Below, piece by piece: positions 56,767 through 64,000 of a DNA stretch of 64,000 nucleotides. The DNA is taken from contig CAZMSH010000002.1 of the NCBI GenBank assembly GCA_964568875.1, positions 96,991 through 160,990 on the forward strand, in the 5' to 3' direction. Source of the stretch: an uncultured Rikenellaceae bacterium. GTDB lineage: Bacteria; Bacteroidota; Bacteroidia; Bacteroidales; VadinHA17. The position numbers and the translations under genes are program-made. Each line of letters begins with the position of its first letter. Within the stretch, counting starts at the first letter, position 1. The notes beneath the pieces were generated by a model that was given only the letters and a program-made list of their open reading frames with translations, was not told the DNA's origin and searched no databases.

Positions 56767-57620
56767 GTCTGAGGGATCAGATCGTCAATTTTAAAACCCA
56801 GTTTCCCAATGTACCATTTAAAAGGAGCAATTACCAACTTCTCACTATTGGAGTTAAGGTAAGCCCCCCACCAACTAAATGAGCTATTGGCAATTATGTT
56901 ATGTTTACAACTGGACATCAGATAGATATCTGCAATATCTTGATATTCAGTATTATGTTCCATAAATTTGGCTGCCGCGCGATCTGGTATCCTCAGATTA
57001 TCTCTTGCCCATCCCAGATCGTCAGAAAAGACATAAATAACCGGATCTTTCAATCTTGCAGTAATAGTATGTAATGCTTTATAATAATATTCAAGGCCGA
57101 GTGAAAAATGTATCGATCTTCTGTTTGGATTCAAGTAATCACCTCGGCGAATGTGTAATGAAACGGAATTTATTTGAGATATCTCAGACTCCAGGCTTGC
57201 CGGAATTGAAACTGATTCCTTAAATTTCAAATCCTCTTCAATAATTGATTTGAACTCATCAAAATATCTAAATGACTGCCAGTAACCATCATAACATACT
57301 TTATCCTTGTCGACAGAATAGTACGAAAGAGAGGATTCAAGGTGAATATTTCCACCAACTAATGGTATTCTCCCTATTAGCCTTCTTTCAATTCTGGCAA
57401 GACATCCTCCTCCCGGGAATAGATAATACTTAGAAATATCCTTCTCAGAGAGCATCTTAATGGATGGAGTAATCTTCACAATAAATAGAGGCCTTTCCTT
57501 TTCAACATTCCCTATGTGATAGAAATATATCTCTTTACCAGTAACTATCTCCATCGCTTTCCCAAATGCATACTGAAATAGCTGGTTACCCAGCCCACCC
57601 ATTAATCTGACTGCTATCAT
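56745..57620 (-). CDS. Alpha-1,2-fucosyltransferase (glycosyltransferase family 11)
   Basis: 291 aa. GT11 motifs GGLGNQLFQYAFGKA, SLHIRRGDY, YVFSDD and ANSSFSWWGAYL. Confidence 0.9.
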   Translation of the reverse strand: MIAVRLMGGLGNQLFQYAFGKAMEIVTGKEIYFYHIGNVEKERPLFIVKITPSIKMLSEKDISKYYLFPGGGCLARIERRLIGRIPLVGGNIHLESSLSYYSVDKDKVCYDGYWQSFRYFDEFKSIIEEDLKFKESVSIPASLESEISQINSVSLHIRRGDYLNPNRRSIHFSLGLEYYYKALHTITARLKDPVIYVFSDDLGWARDNLRIPDRAAAKFMEHNTEYQDIADIYLMSSCKHNIIANSSFSWWGAYLNSNSEKLVIAPFKWYIGKLGFKIDDLIPQTWIKVRW

Positions 57621-57647
57621 CCCTGAGAGTCTGTTTCTTTTTAATAA

Positions 57648-58466
57648 TCAGATTCTTATATACCAAACCAATCCGGAAACAAATCGTCTCGTAAAGCATT
57701 GCATCCTTTTTAGGAGAGATTTGTCTGGATGTTTCGAAAAGAACCGCCCTCCCTGCTTCACCTTGTCAACGATCATTATCTTCATCTGAAATGGAAGTAT
57801 CCAGCCCTCAGGATAAGCATAACCCGGATCAAGTTCATGGACAACCCGAAGTGCAAAGTATCTGTTAAGATGAGACTCATCATGAAAAATTGCTATAATA
57901 TTACTTTTCAGGTCGGTGTTAATCCATTCGGCACAGGTTCTGCAAAGCTCAAGAAAAGCCTTCGAGGTTCCTCCAATTAAAGAACCCATAAAGTACCTCA
58001 TTCTGATATTATTGCGTTCAATATACGCCATTGAAAGCTTATTTCGTTCGTAAGGATACCAGAAGGAGGATCGTCTGAATAATCCAGGATGCAGCACACC
58101 CACAAGGTCTTTGCCTGCAGGAGGTATAATTTCATCTTCAACTTTCTGGGTAAAAACCATGTTTGAATTAAAGAAGTATACAAAGTCATAATCTGCAAGA
58201 TTTGCTGCAATAGAGAGGAACATTTCAAATCGCAGTAATGAATCCATGGGGAACCCTGCATATTTCCGATAAATTACAGTAACATCTTCACCTTCTATTT
58301 CTTTTGAGTCAGTAAACACATAGTAATGACGCTCAGCACCGATGTTAAAGTACCTACTGGATGAGGTATAGAAGTCGTTCCAGAACATAGAGTACTTACC
58401 TGTACAAATATATAGTACAGCAATTCTTGGTTTTTTCTTTGAACCTGTATTTGTTGACACAACCAT
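57648..58466 (-). CDS. Glycosyltransferase family 6 (ABO-family alpha-1,3-Gal/GalNAc transferase, bacterial metal-independent type)
   Basis: 272 aa. Contains RIAVLYICTGKYSMFWNDFY. FFNSNMVF carries NxN in place of the eukaryotic DxD. FHDESHLNRYF and PGYAYPEGW are present. Overall it is collinear with my recollection of Bacteroides ovatus BoGT6a. Confidence 0.85.
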   Translation of the reverse strand: MVVSTNTGSKKKPRIAVLYICTGKYSMFWNDFYTSSSRYFNIGAERHYYVFTDSKEIEGEDVTVIYRKYAGFPMDSLLRFEMFLSIAANLADYDFVYFFNSNMVFTQKVEDEIIPPAGKDLVGVLHPGLFRRSSFWYPYERNKLSMAYIERNNIRMRYFMGSLIGGTSKAFLELCRTCAEWINTDLKSNIIAIFHDESHLNRYFALRVVHELDPGYAYPEGWILPFQMKIMIVDKVKQGGRFFSKHPDKSLLKRMQCFTRRFVSGLVWYIRI

Positions 58467-58476
58467 TGGAATTATC

Positions 58477-59811
58477 TCATAAAAATCTGGTGTTACTTAT
58501 CCATGGAATCTCTTTTCTGGTTGTGTAAATCAGGAATAGATTGCTTAAAATAAATGCTATCAGGCCAGCCAGTGGCAAAGCAAGCAAGAGGTTAACTCTT
58601 ACCATTAAGAGTGTTACTGTAATTATCACAAGGGCTATTATGCCATCTGCATATGCTCTGTTCCAGGGATTCTTTCCAGCAATGGCAAACTGACCAATAA
58701 TGATGTTTATTCCTGAAAATACCAGCGTAATAAGTGTTACTCTATAGGGCATAGATGAAACTTCAGCATCCAAACCATATATTGAAAGTATAGGATCCTC
58801 AAAAAGGATTCCTGCCAATGCAAAAATTAAGCAAACCGATAATCCGGCAAGAAGACTTAATTTCTTAATGCTTAACTCTTCCGGAGTGCCCAATCGGTTA
58901 GCAATAATTGGCAAAGTCACTCTTGATATCTGAACCGGGATGAACTGCATTAATACCAACAGCTGTCTGCAAACGAATACTATACCCAGGGCATATGGAC
59001 CTCCTTCAGCATCAAACACAAGCTTGTTGGTAATCCAGGTAGTAGGGCTCATAAAAAGGGCGGCAACGAATACTGGAAGTCCAATCTTCATTATCCTGCG
59101 TATCAACAGAAAGTTAAATTTAAATACGATCTTAACCTCCAAACGTGCCAGGGCTCTTCTTATAAACCACTGGTTAATTGTCATTCCTATAAAAGATGAC
59201 AATACATACCCAATCATGACACCTGGAAGACCTTTAAGAATTGCCAGTGGTAGGATAATTAATACTGCAAACAACCCTTTCAGAATGTCTGTCCTAAGCA
59301 GATCTCTGTAAGCCTCCAGACCAACCAGAGTACCTGCCTGCATCATATCAAATGTCATACAGGCAAACCATAAGACAATTATGCTCATACTAAAAATCTT
59401 ACTGGTTTCGGGAATCAAAATATCACTAAACAGTATATCAGAAAATCCTATCGAAATAAGGCTCACAAATACTGTGGAGATTATTATTATCATATATGAA
59501 TTCCCAATCAGTTGTCCCAGATGATTTGGATATCGTTTTCTGAATCTGGCTGTGAGTGCGGCAGATGAGACATTCTGACCAAGTATGCCAAATGTAATGA
59601 GCATGATTACAGTACTCTGAATCAACGCATAATATCCCATATTACTCTCTCCGAGATGCCTTGTTATAAATATAATAGTAACAAAATTCAATCCCTGAGA
59701 TAGAGCAGAAGAAAGGGTTCCTAATGATAATGCATCAAAGAAACGTCTGTTTCCATTAATATATGAAATCACTAAATTGAAGGAACTCCTAGTATACTGC
59801 TTCATTGACAC
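58477..59811 (-). CDS. Oligosaccharide-unit flippase (Wzx, MOP superfamily)
   Basis: 444 aa, ~12 TM, polysaccharide-biosynthesis-protein-like. Located between the Wzy-like and GT genes. Its start overlaps the Wzy-like stop by 23 nt. Confidence 0.75.
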   Translation of the reverse strand: MSMKQYTRSSFNLVISYINGNRRFFDALSLGTLSSALSQGLNFVTIIFITRHLGESNMGYYALIQSTVIMLITFGILGQNVSSAALTARFRKRYPNHLGQLIGNSYMIIIISTVFVSLISIGFSDILFSDILIPETSKIFSMSIIVLWFACMTFDMMQAGTLVGLEAYRDLLRTDILKGLFAVLIILPLAILKGLPGVMIGYVLSSFIGMTINQWFIRRALARLEVKIVFKFNFLLIRRIMKIGLPVFVAALFMSPTTWITNKLVFDAEGGPYALGIVFVCRQLLVLMQFIPVQISRVTLPIIANRLGTPEELSIKKLSLLAGLSVCLIFALAGILFEDPILSIYGLDAEVSSMPYRVTLITLVFSGINIIIGQFAIAGKNPWNRAYADGIIALVIITVTLLMVRVNLLLALPLAGLIAFILSNLFLIYTTRKEIPWISNTRFL

Positions 59812-61195
59812 TAACTTTGTCTCTGAAAATAAGGATAATAAAAATCAGGATGGAATTATAGAAGGTGAATTGTCCAAGTACTGAATAGCTGTAGAAAATT
59901 GTTGCGTTAAAGAGCAGGGCAAGGTAAAAAACTAACGCTCTTAGAAGAGGATCAATGATTGTTTTTGTTCTGAAAAACTCATCGATCTTTCTATAAATAA
60001 AACCGGTAACAAAAAATACGACAATTAATCCGGCCAGCCCAAGATTGAGATAGATTTCACCATAGGTAGGAAAAACCTGGTCTGGTCCTACAGCTCTACC
60101 ATAAGCCACATTATAGATATATGATCCACTCTTGTCCCTGAAAGAAGTACCCAGAATGGGAACTGTTTCAAGAATTGATGAATGCAATGTAAAAGGGACA
60201 GGATCAAATTCTTCTTCGATACGCACCATAGGTGACATAATATGTGGCGAAACAAAATATACTTGAATAAACTCAACAAACTTTTCTGTTCTGTTTAGAT
60301 CATTAATAATCAAGGCATTCTCCCTCTTTCTGATATTTTGAAACATAAAAAGAAGGACTAAAAACCCAAATGCCCCCAAAGTAAAATCCCTGAAGTTAAT
60401 TCTGAAATAGATGGGGATACATGCCGCGAGGAATGCCAGAACCGGAAATATCATATTATTTCTGGAAGGGCCGAGAGCTAAAAAAAGTATTATCAGAATA
60501 GAAATGAAAGCAATCAGCGCTTTAGTCCATACTCCACCACGTATAGAATTAAGTGTAAACAGGCCAAGCATTATTCCAATGAATGGAATACCATATCTGA
60601 AGAGAATTGTTAAATAAACGACAATCTTGCTATTTGATTCCTGAATGGATTGATAGTCCTCTAAAAACATTGAATTTAGATAGCCATTTAGTGACCCGTA
60701 GTATCCGTATATTATGAAAATCAGGCATCCAAACAGAAGAAGAAACAGTATGAAGTTATTTCTGAACTTGAATACAGGTCGCTTTGCCACAGTTTCGTTA
60801 GTAATGCCACCCCCTATCAGATCCCAACCAAGAATGAATGAAAGAAATGCAATGAATGTAATTGTATGTACCAGAAAAAGATCCTCTGATTCCGGAGCAA
60901 AGGGCAACTTCCAGCTTTGTGGTCCAAAAAGCAATATTGATAATGGACAAACCACAAGTCGCATAATAAACACTAAAAGCATTAGATTTTTAGGAGAAAT
61001 TATTGAAGATTTGTCCACCCAAATTGAGGGAGTTAAAAAGTAGACGGAATAGAATAATACTATACTGAATAATTCATTGAAATATCCAATATCATGATTA
61101 AATATCTTGCTGACAACAACATATGTTAACAAGAGAGATGTGAACGCAATTAACCTGATAACAAAATTAGCTGAAATGAATCGAGGAAACTTCAT
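59789..61195 (-). CDS. Putative O-antigen/repeat-unit polymerase (Wzy-like) polytopic membrane protein
   Basis: 468 aa, more than 10 hydrophobic helices with one larger loop. It is the first gene of the operon, next to wzx. Assigned from context and topology only. Confidence 0.5.
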   Translation of the reverse strand: MKFPRFISANFVIRLIAFTSLLLTYVVVSKIFNHDIGYFNELFSIVLFYSVYFLTPSIWVDKSSIISPKNLMLLVFIMRLVVCPLSILLFGPQSWKLPFAPESEDLFLVHTITFIAFLSFILGWDLIGGGITNETVAKRPVFKFRNNFILFLLLFGCLIFIIYGYYGSLNGYLNSMFLEDYQSIQESNSKIVVYLTILFRYGIPFIGIMLGLFTLNSIRGGVWTKALIAFISILIILFLALGPSRNNMIFPVLAFLAACIPIYFRINFRDFTLGAFGFLVLLFMFQNIRKRENALIINDLNRTEKFVEFIQVYFVSPHIMSPMVRIEEEFDPVPFTLHSSILETVPILGTSFRDKSGSYIYNVAYGRAVGPDQVFPTYGEIYLNLGLAGLIVVFFVTGFIYRKIDEFFRTKTIIDPLLRALVFYLALLFNATIFYSYSVLGQFTFYNSILIFIILIFRDKVSVNEAVY

Positions 61196-61385
61196 GCAGA
61201 TTTTACTAATGAGAAATGTAAAACCGTATCTATACCACTATTAAAAGGGTTGATCTGTAATCAGATATTAATTCCCGTGAGTAGATTTTTTATCTTACAG
61301 GTTCCCACGCGATCGCCTGGTCAGTCACATCAGGAGAATGCAAGGCAACTAACAATCAGGCAAATCAATATATGCTGCAGATGCG

Positions 61386-61416
61386 AAAAAAAAGGGGCTC
61401 AAGGGCAATATGCCCC
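61386..61416 (-). terminator. Putative rho-independent terminator after the epimerase gene
   Basis: On the minus strand, GGGGC...GCCCC (61394-61398 / 61412-61416; alternative inner stem GGGCA-TAT-TGCCC) is followed directly by an 8-nt T-run (complement of A-run 61386-61393). It lies 10 nt after the stop at 61427. Confidence 0.6.
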
Positions 61417-61426
61417 ATCTGTAGCC

Positions 61427-62425
61427 TCACTTATCCTGCATCTCCAGATTTCTTACAAACCACTCTACGGTTAGGGGAAGGCCCTCCTCAATCCTGATAA
61501 AAGGCTTATATCCAAGCAAGCGCCCGGCTTTTTCAACCGAAGCAAGTGAATGTCTGATATCCCCTGCCCTTTCAGGTCCATAGACCGGTTCAATAGTTAA
61601 AACACCCCTGTTAAAACCACCTAAGCTATCCCTTATTATTTCGTACATCCGGTTAAGGGAAGCAGACTCCCCACAGGCAACATTATATACCTGATTCAGA
61701 GCTTCTGCATCCTCTGCAAGCGCAGCCAGATGATTGGCATTGACAACATTCTCAACATGCGTGAAATCACGCGATATGGTACCGTCTCCGTTTATTACAG
61801 GCCTGTCCCCCCTTAAAAGCTGCAATATGAACTTTGGGATCACAGCAGCATAAGCACCTTCCGGATCCTGCTTCGGACCGTATACATTAAAGTAGCGAAG
61901 ACCTATTAACTCTATTTCATAGTTCATTGCGAATACTCCGGCAAACAGTTCATCGGCATATTTCGTAACCCCGTATGGAGAAAGCGCTCTGCCTATCTGA
62001 TCTTCAATCTTTGGCAACGCTACATGATCACCGTAGGTCGAGGAACTTGCTGCGTAAATAAACCTCTTTACTCCGGCATCAACAGAGGCCTTCAGCATCC
62101 GCACAAAACCTCCTACATTGACATCTGTCGACGTGACCGGATCTTTCAATGAACGCGGAACCGAGCCCAGTGCTGCCTGATGAAAGACCATTTCAACGCC
62201 TCCGACCGACCTCATGCAGTCGTCATAATTTCTGATATCCCCTTCGATGAATCTGAATTCCGGGTGCTCCAGGAATTCCCTTATATTATCCGGCTTGCCT
62301 GTGCTGAAATTATCAAGACATACAACCTGATTGCCCGACTCTAGCAAGGAGGCAACAAGATTAGAGCCAATAAAACCGGCTCCGCCGGTAACGAGTACCT
62401 TTTTTCCGGATAATCTGCCTCGCAT
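61427..62425 (-). CDS. NAD-dependent nucleotide-sugar epimerase/dehydratase (extended SDR; WbpP/TviC-like UDP-HexNAc 4-epimerase candidate)
   Basis: 332 aa. Rossmann motif VLVTGGAGFIGSNL and catalytic YGVTK (YxxxK). Overall resemblance to the WbpP/TviC-type family. Substrate is not determinable from sequence alone. Confidence 0.8.
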   Translation of the reverse strand: MRGRLSGKKVLVTGGAGFIGSNLVASLLESGNQVVCLDNFSTGKPDNIREFLEHPEFRFIEGDIRNYDDCMRSVGGVEMVFHQAALGSVPRSLKDPVTSTDVNVGGFVRMLKASVDAGVKRFIYAASSSTYGDHVALPKIEDQIGRALSPYGVTKYADELFAGVFAMNYEIELIGLRYFNVYGPKQDPEGAYAAVIPKFILQLLRGDRPVINGDGTISRDFTHVENVVNANHLAALAEDAEALNQVYNVACGESASLNRMYEIIRDSLGGFNRGVLTIEPVYGPERAGDIRHSLASVEKAGRLLGYKPFIRIEEGLPLTVEWFVRNLEMQDK

Positions 62426-62575
62426 TATTACCTTGTTGCTTTATCGTATTACAAACAGATTGCGAAATTAATTTATTGCCTCAATCCTCCAAATATTTTC
62501 AACCCTATTTTTACTCAGGATTGAAGCAATTATTCAACAACTGCAAGTAACATGATGATTACTAAGCAAAATTAT

Positions 62576-62603
62576 AAAAAAAAGCGCAGCAAAAAAGCCG
62601 CGC
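62576..62603 (-). terminator. Putative rho-independent terminator after rny
   Basis: On the minus strand, the stem GCGCGGC / GCTGCGC (7 bp including one G-U pair, 6-nt loop; 62584-62603) is followed by an 8-nt T-run (complement of 62576-62583). Confidence 0.65.
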
Positions 62604-62640
62604 TCTGATAATTGAAAATCCTGGAATTTCAGTCTATTTT

Positions 62641-64000
62641 CTACTTTGCATAACTGACCGCTCTCGTTTCCCTGATAACTGTTATCTTAACCTGACCGGG
62701 GTAGGTCATTTCATTCTGTATCTTACGGGCTATGTCTGTTGACAGCGCCTCAGCCTCCACATCAGTAACTTTCTCTGCACCAACTATTACCCTGAGCTCA
62801 CGACCGGCCTGTATGGCATAGGTCTTCATAACTCCCGGGTATTGAAGTGCAAGAGATTCAAGCTCCTTCAACCTTTTAATGTAAGACTCAACAACCTCGC
62901 GACGGGCCCCGGGCCTTGCTCCCGATATTGCATCACAAACCTGTACTATCGGGGAATAAAGAGAGGTCATCTCTGTCTCGTCATGATGTGAACCAATGGC
63001 GTTGCATATTTCAGGTTTCTCCTTGTATTTCTCTGCCAGTTTCATCCCGAAAATTGCATGCGGCAATTCAGGCTCATCATCCGGAACCTTGCCAATGTCG
63101 TGCAATAATCCGGCGCGTTTGGCAATTTTAGGATTCAATCCAAGTTCAGAAGCCATAATTGCAGAGAGATTAGCCACTTCACGTGAGTGCTGCAAAAGGT
63201 TCTGTCCGTATGAGGAACGGTATTTCATTTTCCCTATCAGTCTGACAAGTTCAGGATGCAGTCCGTGCACACCAAGGTCAATAGTGGTTCTTTTACCAAC
63301 CTCCATTATCTCTTCCTCGACCTGTTTACGGGTCTTTTCCACTATCTCCTCAATGCGGGCAGGGTGTATCCTGCCATCGGTTACAAGCTGATGCAGGGCA
63401 AGTCTGGCAACTTCACGCCTGACCGGATCAAAACCTGAAAGTACAATAGCTTCAGGTGTGTCATCAACTACAATCTCGATCCCTGTCGCAGCCTCCAATG
63501 CCCTGATATTACGTCCCTCCCGGCCAATAATACGTCCCTTGATCTCGTCAGAGTCGATATGAAAGACAGTTACCGCATTCTCAATAGCTGTTTCAGTAGC
63601 CAGACGCTGTATTGAATTCATAACTATTCTTTTGGCCTCCCTGTTTGCTGTCAGTTTTGCCTCATCAATAATTTCATTCACCAGAGAACCAGCTTCTATG
63701 CGAGCCTCCTCCTTCAATGATTCAATAAGCTGGCTCTTGGCCTCTTCACCCGACAGTCCGGATATCACTTCCAGCTTTTCAACCTGCTGTCTGTGCATTC
63801 GGGCAAGCTCTTCATTCTTTTTCTCAAGAAGTTCCAGTTGCTGATTAAGATTAGACCTAATTGCATCTGATTCATTGTGCTTACGCTGCAATTCCTCAAG
63901 TTTCTGATTAATGCTTAACTCCTTCTGTCTTATCCTGTTCTCTGCCTGGGCAATCCTGCTGTTCTTTTCATTTATCACCTTCTCATGCTCACTCTTGAGC
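62641..64000 (-). CDS. rny: Ribonuclease Y (N-terminus truncated by the window edge)
   Basis: KH domain ([19 protein letters not shown]) and HD domain (LLHDIGK...GSHHD) follow a coiled-coil N-region. The reading frame stays open from the listed GTG (63978) to position 64000, so the true start lies outside the window. Confidence 0.93.
   Translation of the reverse strand, partial: LKSEHEKVINEKNSRIAQAENRIRQKELSINQKLEELQRKHNESDAIRSNLNQQLELLEKKNEELARMHRQQVEKLEVISGLSGEEAKSQLIESLKEEARIEAGSLVNEIIDEAKLTANREAKRIVMNSIQRLATETAIENAVTVFHIDSDEIKGRIIGREGRNIRALEAATGIEIVVDDTPEAIVLSGFDPVRREVARLALHQLVTDGRIHPARIEEIVEKTRKQVEEEIMEVGKRTTIDLGVHGLHPELVRLIGKMKYRSSYGQNLLQHSREVANLSAIMASELGLNPKIAKRAGLLHDIGKVPDDEPELPHAIFGMKLAEKYKEKPEICNAIGSHHDETEMTSLYSPIVQVCDAISGARPGARREVVESYIKRLKELESLALQYPGVMKTYAIQAGRELRVIVGAEKVTDVEAEALSTDIARKIQNEMTYPGQVKITVIRETRAVSYAK

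Noticed and set aside
61250-61474. 74-aa plus-strand ORF in the epimerase/Wzy intergenic region
   Set aside because: It runs through the predicted terminator hairpin and into the epimerase 3' end. It has a basic low-complexity composition and no homology cues.
62470-62520. Inverted repeat CAATCCT...AGGATTG upstream of the epimerase gene
   Set aside because: It is a 7-bp arm with a ~30-nt AT-rich spacer. Such matches are expected by chance in AT-rich intergenic DNA, and there are no supporting features.

Overview
This 64-kb window looks like a Bacteroidota-type chromosomal segment. The evidence is the long-form YidC, DUF349, DUF4293 and DUF5916 proteins, a T9SS C-terminal sorting domain, TAnnTTTG-type -7 promoter boxes and no obvious Shine-Dalgarno sequences. 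It is densely coding, and I support about 47 CDSs. I saw no rRNA, tRNA, CRISPR array, integrase or transposase by eye.

Housekeeping content:
- yidC, pyrG and pyrBI
- queE, a trmJ-like methyltransferase and rny (truncated at the right edge)
- a pxpABC 5-oxoprolinase operon led by an atypical NRAMP-fold transporter
- secreted phosphatases and peptidases
- an RND efflux operon

Two accessory regions stand out.

1. 10.2-19.8 kb. This module combines six elements: a C39-peptidase ABC exporter with HlyD, an ECF-like sigma factor, a membrane-tethered extracytoplasmic TPR-CHAT (caspase-fold) protease, a 52-aa double-glycine-leader peptide with a very acidic Cys-free core, an anti-sigma-like TM-TPR protein, and a sensor-less histidine kinase. 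I do not recognise this combination as a described system. I propose it as a peptide-triggered regulated-proteolysis or signalling circuit; that is inference.

2. 47.5-62.4 kb. This is a Wzx/Wzy-type glycan locus, and its core operon (48.5-61.2 kb) is AT-rich. It contains an adjacent GT11 alpha-1,2-fucosyltransferase and a GT6 (ABO-family) transferase, which suggests histo-blood-group-like glycan mimicry. A T9SS-sorted transglutaminase-like protein is embedded in the operon.

All functional calls come from reading motifs in the supplied translations. No database search was run.
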